Shown here one piece after another: positions 1-8,470 of a DNA stretch of 28,386 nucleotides. Under the pieces are notes generated by a model, which made no database searches, had not been told where the DNA came from, and saw only the letters and a program-made list of their open reading frames with translations. Numbering within the stretch: position 1 is the stretch's first letter; every line of letters begins with the position of its first letter. The translations under genes were made by a program, and so were the position numbers. Source of the DNA: Candidatus Thorarchaeota archaeon (GTDB taxonomy: Archaea; Asgardarchaeota; Thorarchaeia; Thorarchaeales; Thorarchaeaceae); contig SDNP01000034.1 in the NCBI GenBank assembly GCA_004524445.1, positions 1 through 28,386 on the forward strand, written 5' to 3'.

Positions 1-1
1 A

Positions 2-2278
2 GATGATGTATGGACTGCATTAGACTCCAATGGACGGAATATCACAGGACAGGATATCCTGATTGCCGACATTGACTCGGGAGTTGATTGGCGTCATCCC
101 GATTTGTGGTTTGCTGGCAATGATTCATACAGATGGTTGGATGCATCAGATGACGGCATTCCTGACAATGGCACTGACTATATCGACCTGAATAATGACT
201 TGAAAGGGACCGCCAATGAAACCCTGTATTTCTTAGACTTGGATTCAAGTGGCACCTACAATACATCAACTGAATGGATTTGGGTCGATAATGTCACTCA
301 AAATGGTGTACCCGATCCCGGTGAACCATTCTTTGTTGCCAACGATACGAACTCGAATGACATCCTAGATGCTGATGAGAATCTTGTGATGCTGACCAAA
401 CCGAAGACAAAGTACATTGTCGAGGGGGATGGAGTTTCAGAAGACAGAATAATAACTTGGGTTCGGGGAGTGAACCTAACATCCTCAACACATGAGGATA
501 CCGACGGTCACGGAACTGCAGTATCTGGTATTCTCCTTGGTGGACAGATTGGATTCAGAAAGTATGTAGGTGTGGCACCTAGAGCTGAGCTAATGATGCT
601 GAAGGCGTTTGGAACACGAACTGAAAGCCTAACGGTAGAAGAGAGCCTTGCATGGGCGTATAATCATGGTGCAGATGTAATTCTACTGGAGCTTGGCTCA
701 TGGACCTATCACTTCCTTGATGGCTCATCATCCGCCGCAGCATTGATTGATACCATTGTTTCGAACGGAGTTCCTGTAATCGCACCAAGCGGAAATCTTG
801 GTGGAAAGGAAAAACATGCCCTTGCAACCGCCACAGCGAATCAACCTTGCCAGACAGAGTTTCGTATTCCCAAGAATGATAGTGCCCTGAATGCTAATGA
901 TTTACATATTAAACAAGTCTACATCACAATCCTATCAGTCAGCGGGACAGATTTCTCCACTTGTGACTTCATGCTTACAATGAATCTGAAGGAATGGGGT
1001 GGCAGTGAATCTTATACAATCACACTGAGTCCGCATGACGGATACGGCACTTGGTCATCTGGAACAATTGTATCAGTGGGCATAAACTCGCTTGTGGTGA
1101 AGAGTTTTGTGGGTACTTCAAGTAGGTCAACTGAGATGCTGGCGTTATGGATTTATGCGGAAAGTGGAGATCTTCCCACCACAGATACTGAAAATGCGCC
1201 TCCGTTCAATAAGGTCAATATAACCGCTCCCTCCGAAACGAAGCTGCATTACTACATATCTGATGACAAAACCTCCTGGACTGGTGGAGCGAGATGGGTA
1301 ACGGACGTTTCAGATTTCTATGAAATTATCTGGCCGTCCACAGCGGATAGTGCATTGAGTGTTGCTAGCTATCACACACGTAATCTGTTTTTTGGCACAG
1401 AAGTAGGTGAAATAGCCAGCTTCTCATCTCGTGGTCCCCGAATTGATGACGTATTGAAGCAGGGCATAGCCGCACCGGGCGGATACGACGTATTAAGTTC
1501 CTACTCAAATGAATCATCGTGGCAGGAATGGTACAATGCATTTGATACCTTGACCTTTGGCCCTGCGTTTGGCTCATATCGTCTTTTCAGCGGTACTAGT
1601 GCTTCGGGTCCCCATGTCGCAGGAACAGCCGCACTGATGCTTCAAGTAAATTCGACTTGTGGGCCAGATGTGAACAATATTATACAGATAACAGCTCGCA
1701 ATGATTCGTTTACAGGTGATATGCCCAATGAAGCGTGGGGATCCGGGAAGCTTGATTCGTTTGCAGCCGTGAATAACGTCACAAGTGAAATAATTGATTC
1801 TACCATGCCAAATATTTATGATCTAGATAGGACCCCTGATGAACCGACTAACCAAGAGGAAGTCAATATCACAGTCCGGTCAGAGGATCCGAGTGGAATC
1901 GACTTGGTTTTACTGGAATATGCTAATGGAACGTACTCAATTAATCTGACAATGAGTGTGATTACTGACATCTATTTTGCTCAAATCCCGGCGTATTCAG
2001 CGGGAACGAATATCACATACAGGATTATCGCCAACGACACAGCAGGTAACCATAATTCAACTAGCTATTACTGGTACATAGTACAAGACTCAACTACGAC
2101 CACTACTACCACAACTACAACTACCACGACCACCACTACAACAACGACAACAACAGAAACAGCCAATGATACTGAATTACCGGCGTTAGAACCTGACTTA
2201 TTGAGGCTAGGACTTGCTTTGACGATTGTCGCTGCTGTGGTAGCGGTTGGGTTTCTATACGGGCGTCGAAAGTCTTGA
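2..2278 (+). CDS. Membrane-anchored S8 (subtilisin-family) serine protease, 5'-truncated by the window edge
   Basis: The frame is open from nt 2 (DDVWTALDSNGRNITGQDILIADIDSGVDWRHPDLWF), upstream of the track's start at 104, and supplies the catalytic Asp motif. Also present: His motif DTDGHGTAVSG, oxyanion SGN, Ser motif GTSASGPHVAG, a poly-Thr linker, and a C-terminal TM helix plus RRKS. Confidence 0.95.
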   Translation, partial: DDVWTALDSNGRNITGQDILIADIDSGVDWRHPDLWFAGNDSYRWLDASDDGIPDNGTDYIDLNNDLKGTANETLYFLDLDSSGTYNTSTEWIWVDNVTQNGVPDPGEPFFVANDTNSNDILDADENLVMLTKPKTKYIVEGDGVSEDRIITWVRGVNLTSSTHEDTDGHGTAVSGILLGGQIGFRKYVGVAPRAELMMLKAFGTRTESLTVEESLAWAYNHGADVILLELGSWTYHFLDGSSSAAALIDTIVSNGVPVIAPSGNLGGKEKHALATATANQPCQTEFRIPKNDSALNANDLHIKQVYITILSVSGTDFSTCDFMLTMNLKEWGGSESYTITLSPHDGYGTWSSGTIVSVGINSLVVKSFVGTSSRSTEMLALWIYAESGDLPTTDTENAPPFNKVNITAPSETKLHYYISDDKTSWTGGARWVTDVSDFYEIIWPSTADSALSVASYHTRNLFFGTEVGEIASFSSRGPRIDDVLKQGIAAPGGYDVLSSYSNESSWQEWYNAFDTLTFGPAFGSYRLFSGTSASGPHVAGTAALMLQVNSTCGPDVNNIIQITARNDSFTGDMPNEAWGSGKLDSFAAVNNVTSEIIDSTMPNIYDLDRTPDEPTNQEEVNITVRSEDPSGIDLVLLEYANGTYSINLTMSVITDIYFAQIPAYSAGTNITYRIIANDTAGNHNSTSYYWYIVQDSTTTTTTTTTTTTTTTTTTTTTETANDTELPALEPDLLRLGLALTIVAAVVAVGFLYGRRKS
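2093..2155 (+). repeat. 21-codon poly-Thr (ACN)n low-complexity linker before the membrane anchor
   Basis: 21 consecutive Thr codons with mixed third positions, typical of the stalk of archaeal surface proteins. Confidence 0.9.
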
Positions 2279-2388
2279 ATTTGCTTCATATCTTTGAAGA
2301 TGACAAAGTAAATGTGCGTGCTGAGATGCTCTTATATGCGCCAAACTTATTTTCAGTTCTATAACGAAAGAGGAAGAAGGCTTGATTT

Positions 2389-2733
2389 ATGAAGAAGCTT
2401 GATCAGTTCGACCTACAGTTCAGATTCTCTGGGTCAGAACGCATTATGCCCGTAGAGGTCTTTGTTGAGAGGGAGAGCACCATAATCGTTCTTGACTGCA
2501 GCTGCTGTGAAGAAATGATTTCAAGTAGACTTCCAGGCGGTGTGCTGATTCCAATAGCATCTTCGCTCAAAGAGTTTTTCGAAGAACGACAAATGAGAAA
2601 CATAAAGGTCACCATGACTGGGACGTCGATGATGCGCGAATATAGTGGCGTTCTCGATACTTCTGAAGTTCCGGAGATGAAATCAGTTCTTGAGAACAGT
2701 ATTTCCAAGTTTTCCAAGATCAGATCTTCGTAA
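2389..2733 (+). CDS. Hypothetical protein (114 aa) with a CSCC motif
   Basis: ATG-started ORF filling the gap, with a purine-rich upstream region, converging on serC. No family recognised. Confidence 0.75.
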   Translation: MKKLDQFDLQFRFSGSERIMPVEVFVERESTIIVLDCSCCEEMISSRLPGGVLIPIASSLKEFFEERQMRNIKVTMTGTSMMREYSGVLDTSEVPEMKSVLENSISKFSKIRSS

Positions 2734-2778
2734 AAAAAGGGAGAAGGTGCCCGGTTACAGAATTCCTGCTCCCGGACA
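2732..2778 (-). terminator. Probable terminator of serC (stem-loop followed by a pyrimidine/T7 tract)
   Basis: The minus strand reads tgtccgg-gagcaggaattctgtaa-ccgggca-ccttctccc-ttttttt just after the serC stop. Confidence 0.55.
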
Positions 2779-2786
2779 TTCAAAAC

Positions 2787-3872
2787 CTACTCGTGTTTTT
2801 CCTTGAACTCAGTTAGGAACTTGGTCAGTGTTTCAACGCCTTCAATACTCATGGCATTGTAGATTGAAGCCCTCATTCCGCCAACGGATCGATGTCCTTT
2901 AAGGCCAATCAGTCCTCTCTTTGCACCTTCCTCGACACATTTCTGCTCCAGTTCTTCACTTGGGAGCCGGAAAGATACGTTCATCAGAGACCTGTCTTCC
3001 TTTCTTGCCCAACCTTCATAGAATCCATCAGATGAGTCAATAACATCATAGAGAAGTTCTGCTTTCTTCCTATTCTTCTTCTCCTGTGCTTTTACTCCTC
3101 CAATTTCATCAAGATGCTCCATAGAGAGTTTGCACATGTAAATGTTGAATACTGGCGGGGTGTTGAACATTGAATTCTTCTTGTGGTAGGTTATCCATTT
3201 TTGCATGCTTGGAGTATCATCAGGTACTCTTCCAAGAAGGTCTTCTCTTACAATCAAGAGGGTGACACCTGCTGGACCAAGATTCTTTTGGGCGCCAGCG
3301 TAAATGGCTCCAAATTTCTTAACATCAGTAACACGGTCCATCAGATTCGAAGACATATCGCTGACAAGGGGAACGTCACCATCCGTATCAGGCCACTCAT
3401 GCCACTCAGTTCCGTAGATGGTATTATTGCCTGTTATGTGGGCGAATGCTGCACCATCGCTGAAACTCACGTCTTTAGGGATGTATTTGAAATCATCATC
3501 CTCTGATGAAGCAACTGTTCTGACTTCACCAAAGCGAACTGCCTCAGCTATAGCCTTTGTTGACCACCTTCCGGTATTCACATATTCCATCGGGCGCCCC
3601 TCCAAACCAAGATTCAAAGGTACTTGGTAGAACTGGGTAGATGCTCCTCCGCCCATCCAGAGGATAGTGTAATCATCAGAAATGTCCATCAGTTTTCTCA
3701 ATAGGAGGTTGGCTTCATTCAGTGCGTTGTCCCATTCCTTTGATCTATGGGAGATTTCCATAACGGACATGCCGGTTCCATTCCAATTCAACAGCTCTTC
3801 CTTCGCCTTTTTAAGAGCAGACAACGGAAGCGTCGCCGGGCCTGGGTAAAAATTGTATACTCTATCTGTCAT
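2787..3872 (-). CDS. serC: Phosphoserine aminotransferase (bacterial-type SerC, PLP class V)
   Basis: Motifs YNFYPGPATLP, SVMEISHRS, GGASTQF, NNTIYGTE, DMSS, YAGAQKNLGPAG (PLP Lys), NTPP and GHRSVGGMRASIYNA. Likely start is ATG 3872 after a GGTG RBS (the track starts at 3881). Confidence 0.97.
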   Translation of the reverse strand: MTDRVYNFYPGPATLPLSALKKAKEELLNWNGTGMSVMEISHRSKEWDNALNEANLLLRKLMDISDDYTILWMGGGASTQFYQVPLNLGLEGRPMEYVNTGRWSTKAIAEAVRFGEVRTVASSEDDDFKYIPKDVSFSDGAAFAHITGNNTIYGTEWHEWPDTDGDVPLVSDMSSNLMDRVTDVKKFGAIYAGAQKNLGPAGVTLLIVREDLLGRVPDDTPSMQKWITYHKKNSMFNTPPVFNIYMCKLSMEHLDEIGGVKAQEKKNRKKAELLYDVIDSSDGFYEGWARKEDRSLMNVSFRLPSEELEQKCVEEGAKRGLIGLKGHRSVGGMRASIYNAMSIEGVETLTKFLTEFKEKHE

Positions 3873-4065
3873 CTCAAACACCGCAATCTTCGTCTACTTC
3901 AACCACAATTGATATTGAGGTTGTGAACATACTTCAAGATTGACAAAATTAAATCCGTTCTCCTTACAAATAAGCACATCGATGCATGAAATGGCGTTGC
4001 TGCAGGCCATCATTGACAACTTCTTTAAGAGATCATGAAGAAAACAGTATGCGGGGAAATTTGGC

Positions 4066-4512
4066 TTGAAACTTGAGAAGAGAAACTTTACTTCTGTAGT
4101 CCTTTGCATATTGACATTCACTCTTCCTTTTTTTCTAAGTATCCAACAGATTAGCGACGAAGTGACTTACATCCATATTTTGGGTCCCTTTTGGCAATAT
4201 TGGACCGCAGTTGACCCTAACCTTCAGTTTTCCCCCCTTCCATTGTTGATATACTTCCCGTTTTTTGCCCCGGGATTCTACTTCGTCAAGGTCGTTCGAG
4301 ATGCAATATCTCAAAGCTTCTCTAGTTGGGACTATTATTCGAAAATTGGTTTCGGTCTTTTCATCCATCTGCTTCTGCTCATATTCTTTAGCCTTGCATC
4401 AAGCGGATATCCGGAGCCCATCGACATTCCACTTCCTATTGTTGGTTTGACCACATTGCTAATAGGGCCTTTTATTGTGCCAGAGCCTACCACTCTTTGG
4501 AATGACGAATAA
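4066..4512 (+). CDS. Hypothetical integral membrane protein (about 4 TM)
   Basis: 148-aa ORF with about four hydrophobic segments and a TTG start. It fills the gap between serC and the DUF1015 gene on the opposite strand. Confidence 0.7.
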   Translation: MKLEKRNFTSVVLCILTFTLPFFLSIQQISDEVTYIHILGPFWQYWTAVDPNLQFSPLPLLIYFPFFAPGFYFVKVVRDAISQSFSSWDYYSKIGFGLFIHLLLLIFFSLASSGYPEPIDIPLPIVGLTTLLIGPFIVPEPTTLWNDE

Positions 4513-4573
4513 GGTGACGAACCGTCCCCGCACCATCAGAATAATCCGAGGACAATCCAACGATATACTCTGT

Positions 4574-5905
4574 CTATTCAAGCTTATAGATGGTGAAGCC
4601 AGTCCACACCTTTGGGTAGAAGAATGTGCTCTTTTGCGGCATGCATTCGAAGTTCTTTGATACCGCTTCAACCTCTTCCACTTTAGTTGGGTTCATGAAG
4701 AACACTGCTTGCGCATCGCCCTTCACAGAGGTTATAGCCTCATCAACTGCGTCCCCGATCCCCTTGAGATAGACCACATAGCCGCCACCGCTCATTGTTC
4801 CTTCCATGAGCTTCTTCTTGTTGATGCCAAGAATATAATCAAGAATGACTGTGTGGAGAATCGATACATCGAGCTTGCGTAATTCCTCTGACTTGTCTTG
4901 AAGCATTTCATCCATGATTTTGATATCCTTCAACGTCAAGACGTAATATTTGCCATCATCAATGAACATCCCGAATGAGTGCTTGCCATCCTTGAATCTT
5001 TTATCCATTAGGCTGAACATATCATCTACGGTCTTTAGGACCTCCATCTCAAAATATTGCATGAGCTTCTTCTTGAGGTCATCTTCCCAAAAATTGGTTA
5101 AATTCTGCACAAGACGATGTGTCGGCAAGACTACTAGTCCCGGGTTATCAATATTTACAAATGTCAGCATTCGATATCTAGCTGAATCCAGCTCTGGATG
5201 CTCCTTACACATCTTCAAGGCTGTCTTGTATCGATGATGCCCATCGGCAATTATTACATATTTGTCCTTCATCAGCGCGGTAATCTGTTTGGTGTTATTT
5301 TCATCACTTATTTTCCAGATTCGATGTCTAACCCCATCATCATCATTTACGTCAATAATTGCGTCCTCTTTCATTGCATCCTGTAGAATCTCGTCAACAT
5401 CTCCCTCATGATCGGGATATATCACAAAAATCTGTCCGAAATATGCCATGGTTTCACTAGAGAGACTAAATCTGTCTTTGATATCCTTTGGAAGTGTTTC
5501 TTCGTGTTGTAGGACTCCTGAAAAACTACCTGTCTTCGGTGCTTCCGTGGCGAACTCCTCAAGCTCTATAAGCCCAATAAATCCGAAGCGAAATAATTCC
5601 TCTCCATCCACTGTGAAGTTTTGACCATAGACATAGAAGCTTTCCTCATCATCCTGTGCTAGAACGCCATCAGAAATCCACTGATTTAGCAAAGATGCAG
5701 CTCGCGTGTATTGATTCTTGCCTTCAGTATCTCCTTCTTGGGGCTTGTTCTTTATCACCCAAGAAATATTGTATTCTGATTTTGCCTGAAGCTTGTCTAC
5801 TTTCTCACCTTTGATTATATCGTAGGGTGGTGACACTACTTTTGACATTTGGCTGATTTTCTTCTGATTGTACCTATATCCCTTGAAGGGTATCGCTCGC
5901 ACCAT
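4574..5905 (-). CDS. DUF1015 family protein (ParB/sulfiredoxin-like core)
   Basis: Family motifs PFKGYRY, SPPYDII, HEETL, IIADGHHRYKTA, VLPTHRLV and C-terminal MPQKSTFFYPK. Confidence 0.92.
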   Translation of the reverse strand: MVRAIPFKGYRYNQKKISQMSKVVSPPYDIIKGEKVDKLQAKSEYNISWVIKNKPQEGDTEGKNQYTRAASLLNQWISDGVLAQDDEESFYVYGQNFTVDGEELFRFGFIGLIELEEFATEAPKTGSFSGVLQHEETLPKDIKDRFSLSSETMAYFGQIFVIYPDHEGDVDEILQDAMKEDAIIDVNDDDGVRHRIWKISDENNTKQITALMKDKYVIIADGHHRYKTALKMCKEHPELDSARYRMLTFVNIDNPGLVVLPTHRLVQNLTNFWEDDLKKKLMQYFEMEVLKTVDDMFSLMDKRFKDGKHSFGMFIDDGKYYVLTLKDIKIMDEMLQDKSEELRKLDVSILHTVILDYILGINKKKLMEGTMSGGGYVVYLKGIGDAVDEAITSVKGDAQAVFFMNPTKVEEVEAVSKNFECMPQKSTFFYPKVWTGFTIYKLE

Positions 5906-6234
5906 CTTTCTTACCTCTCAAATTTGATACAGGATTTATCCCAATAAGACACGTTTCTAAGTCTTCTGGATGGTACGGAATTTCCTGGGAAATAACTTCG
6001 CCTTACTGAGTTACGTGACAGATTTTCTAGAGGGCTTCAAGCTGTAGAACATCTATCAATCCAGAGTATGATGGTGCTTTGGCACCAATATATGCCCCCA
6101 ATTAAACATGAATTCTGCCAAAAACATGTTTAAGAATTACAAATCTAGCCGACCAGTTCCAACTATCTTTGTAATGAGCAGTATCTCAATGACAGTGCAA
6201 TGTTATCTCCTCAAAAACCACACGCGAAAACACC

Positions 6235-6244
6235 AAGTTTAAAT
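6235..6244 (+). promoter_or_regulatory. Candidate archaeal BRE/TATA box for the TFS-like gene
   Basis: aagtttaaat about 50 nt upstream of ATG 6295, preceded by an A-rich segment. A similar cacaagttttaata element lies at 26238-26251. Confidence 0.45.
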
Positions 6245-6294
6245 TCAAATTATGTGGGTACGCCAAAGTCATACCTCTTAGGGGAGTCCTAGAT

Positions 6295-6552
6295 ATGCAA
6301 TTCTGTGATAAATGCGGCGCATTAATGATTCCGGTGAAGAAGGACAAGAAAACAGTCCTGAAATGCAGAGAATGTGGAGCTGAAACAAGCCTGCAGAAGA
6401 AAGGATACAAGGTCGAATTTAGGGTAAAACACAGCCCGCGGGAGAAAATTGTTGTCGTGGAAGAGGGGAGTACTCAAACTCCGGAGATGACAGAAGACGA
6501 GCGTCGAGAGCGTCGAAAGGCTATTTTGGAGCACTTCGAGGCGGAAGATTAG
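6295..6552 (+). CDS. TFS/RpoM (RPB9/RPC11-like) paralogue with the N-terminal zinc ribbon only
   Basis: MQFCDKCGALMIP...LKCRECG matches the TFS N-ribbon, and HSPREKIVVVEE matches the linker. There is no second CxxC pair and no QTRSADE loop. Confidence 0.88.
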   Translation: MQFCDKCGALMIPVKKDKKTVLKCRECGAETSLQKKGYKVEFRVKHSPREKIVVVEEGSTQTPEMTEDERRERRKAILEHFEAED

Positions 6553-6696
6553 TACAATTATCCTCTCTGAATAACCTTTAAGTTGGAGGCTGAAACTGTA
6601 CTATTGTGGAACATATGTTCTGCTCGATAAAGTTCTTTCTCCCTTGAGTAGCTACAGAGTAATTTAAGAAAGAACTAATATGGCGGAGGAATCAAT

Positions 6697-7572
6697 TTGA
6701 CAAGAAAAGTAGATCTTCTCTATGATGCAAAGAGTTTCATTTTGGAAAATGGTGATATTGCGGACAAACTAGAAATAATGGCTGCGGGATTCGATTTTGG
6801 TGAAAATTACATAAAGAGCTCTATCACTGAGCTGGGAACTTATCTGAACCCGGATGGTGGACTGCCCTTTGATTTGAACCAAGAGAATCCCAGTTCTGTG
6901 AAAACCACCTCTGAGATCTTGCGACTCATCATGGAGTTAGACCTGAATGTGGAAGTTGATTTCGTCCCTCGAATGGTCGATTTCTTGGTGTCTCGACAGA
7001 AAAAAGATGGCGGGTTTGCTGAAACACTCAATCTCGATATGCCGATTGAGGACAAGTACGGGTCAGGTGAAGGGAGGGATTGGTATCCTGTTGCCAAGAG
7101 TATTACTTGGTTGACCGGGAAAGCTTTGGAGTCCCTTTGCAAAGCTGGATTTGATGGCACAGAACGGCTTCGACGAGCAAGAGACTTCCTTTTGTATTCT
7201 CAGAATGAGGATGGTCACTGGCCCGATTATAAAGGACAAGAAACCTCCGATCCCTTAGGAACGGGCAACATACTTCCTGCCTTGAGAGAAGTCGGCGTTT
7301 CCGAGGATAGTGACGTATACGAAGACGGAAGAGCCGCACTCATGCACCACCTAATGACTGCAATAGAACAAGGCAATGCCTTTGACATGGTTGACCTAAT
7401 TGCTGTTGGCGATCCGAAGAACAGGAAAGAAGAGGAGCTAATACAAAACGGCTTGGTATTGATAAAGGAATCGCAAAATCCCGATGGTGGATGGTCATTG
7501 CCCGGCTTCAAAAAGAGTGATGCTGAATTAACAGCCAGTCTTGCTTATGTATTTGAGAAGTGTTGTCAATAG
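6697..7572 (+). CDS. Prenyltransferase/squalene-cyclase-like QW-repeat (alpha/alpha barrel) protein
   Basis: Repeated QW-type motifs LNPDGG, RQKKDGGF, SQNEDGHW and SQNPDGGW. A GGAGG RBS precedes the TTG start. Confidence 0.85.
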   Translation: MTRKVDLLYDAKSFILENGDIADKLEIMAAGFDFGENYIKSSITELGTYLNPDGGLPFDLNQENPSSVKTTSEILRLIMELDLNVEVDFVPRMVDFLVSRQKKDGGFAETLNLDMPIEDKYGSGEGRDWYPVAKSITWLTGKALESLCKAGFDGTERLRRARDFLLYSQNEDGHWPDYKGQETSDPLGTGNILPALREVGVSEDSDVYEDGRAALMHHLMTAIEQGNAFDMVDLIAVGDPKNRKEEELIQNGLVLIKESQNPDGGWSLPGFKKSDAELTASLAYVFEKCCQ

Positions 7573-7577
7573 CTATT

Positions 7578-7601
7578 AAACGAAATTCATGAATTTCGTT
7601 T
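7578..7601. repeat. Perfect 24-bp palindrome
   Basis: aaacgaaattcatgaatttcgttt equals its own reverse complement. Confidence 0.9.
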
Positions 7602-7718
7602 CATACACATGTAATATCAGGGCTGAAATATTAGTCATTCGCGGAGTAATTTGTCACAACCCTTTATTTGATGTGTTGACATGACCCCAAACGGGACCTA
7701 GCAAGCGAGTGTGACTGA

Positions 7719-8195
7719 ATGAATCTTAAAGTTATAAGAAATGGCGAATTAGTTGAGTTGAGAAAGGTAGAGCTGGAACCCCTGAGCCCTCCACTCTATA
7801 GAACCCTCATTGGATACAATTCTCTGAAAAGGCTTGGTTATTCTATCTCATTCATTCGTCCTAAGAAGAGCTCTTCGGGCAACTTCGAACGGATTAGATA
7901 TAGCTTCATTGAACGTGGCATTCGAACCCGTCAACTTGAAGAGGAACTCGAGCCTGACATGAAACGAGGAATACTGAATCAGCTTCCCAGAGGCGATTTC
8001 AGCATTGTTCTTCTATTGACACAGGTTCCCCGCAGAGGTGTAAACATACGTCTGGATAAATTTGAATATGAATTTCTTGGTGCTATCTTGAAGCGTGATG
8101 ATGAAATCTTAGATGTAGTCATGAACACCGAAAGAACAAGAGACATCTTGATGCCCGTCTATGAAGAGGTTGAAGTTGCAACGGAAGCAGCCTGA
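7719..8195 (+). CDS. Hypothetical protein (158 aa)
   Basis: ATG-started ORF with protein-like composition. No family recognised. Confidence 0.75.
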   Translation: MNLKVIRNGELVELRKVELEPLSPPLYRTLIGYNSLKRLGYSISFIRPKKSSSGNFERIRYSFIERGIRTRQLEEELEPDMKRGILNQLPRGDFSIVLLLTQVPRRGVNIRLDKFEYEFLGAILKRDDEILDVVMNTERTRDILMPVYEEVEVATEAA

Positions 8196-8200
8196 GCTAA

Positions 8201-8359
8201 CTATAATTCCCTAGTAAAGGGTGTCGACTCTTCTTCGAGCTTTCGTAGCTCATCCCTTTTCTGCTTGGTTCGATAGGCTACTAGTGCAGCTCTTCCAACT
8301 AGAATTAGAAGGGGTGCCAGCCACCATATAATGAGCATTGTCATGTCCATCTGAAGCAT
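8201..8359 (-). CDS. Small single-TM protein (52 aa), not in the ORF track
   Basis: Manual translation gives MLQMDMTMLIIWWLAPLLILVGRAALVAYRTKQKRDELRKLEEESTPFTREL*. A GGGAG RBS-like sequence is upstream, and the stop lies 5 nt from the converging stop at 8195. Confidence 0.7.
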   Translation of the reverse strand: MLQMDMTMLIIWWLAPLLILVGRAALVAYRTKQKRDELRKLEEESTPFTREL

Positions 8360-8470
8360 AATCGTCACTGTTATTCTCTCCCTAATTTTCCTAAATTAAA
8401 GATGATGTCCTAGGCATTCATCAGTGAGCTTTATCTTGTGATTGCCCTCATTCCTAAATTAGTGTGCTCC

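Noticed and set aside
2068-2289. Minus-strand ORF with poly-Val
   Set aside because: It is the antisense shadow of the poly-Thr linker.
2732-2778. Hairpin as a SECIS element
   Set aside because: It lacks SECIS core motifs and no neighbouring gene has an in-frame TGA. A terminator explains it.
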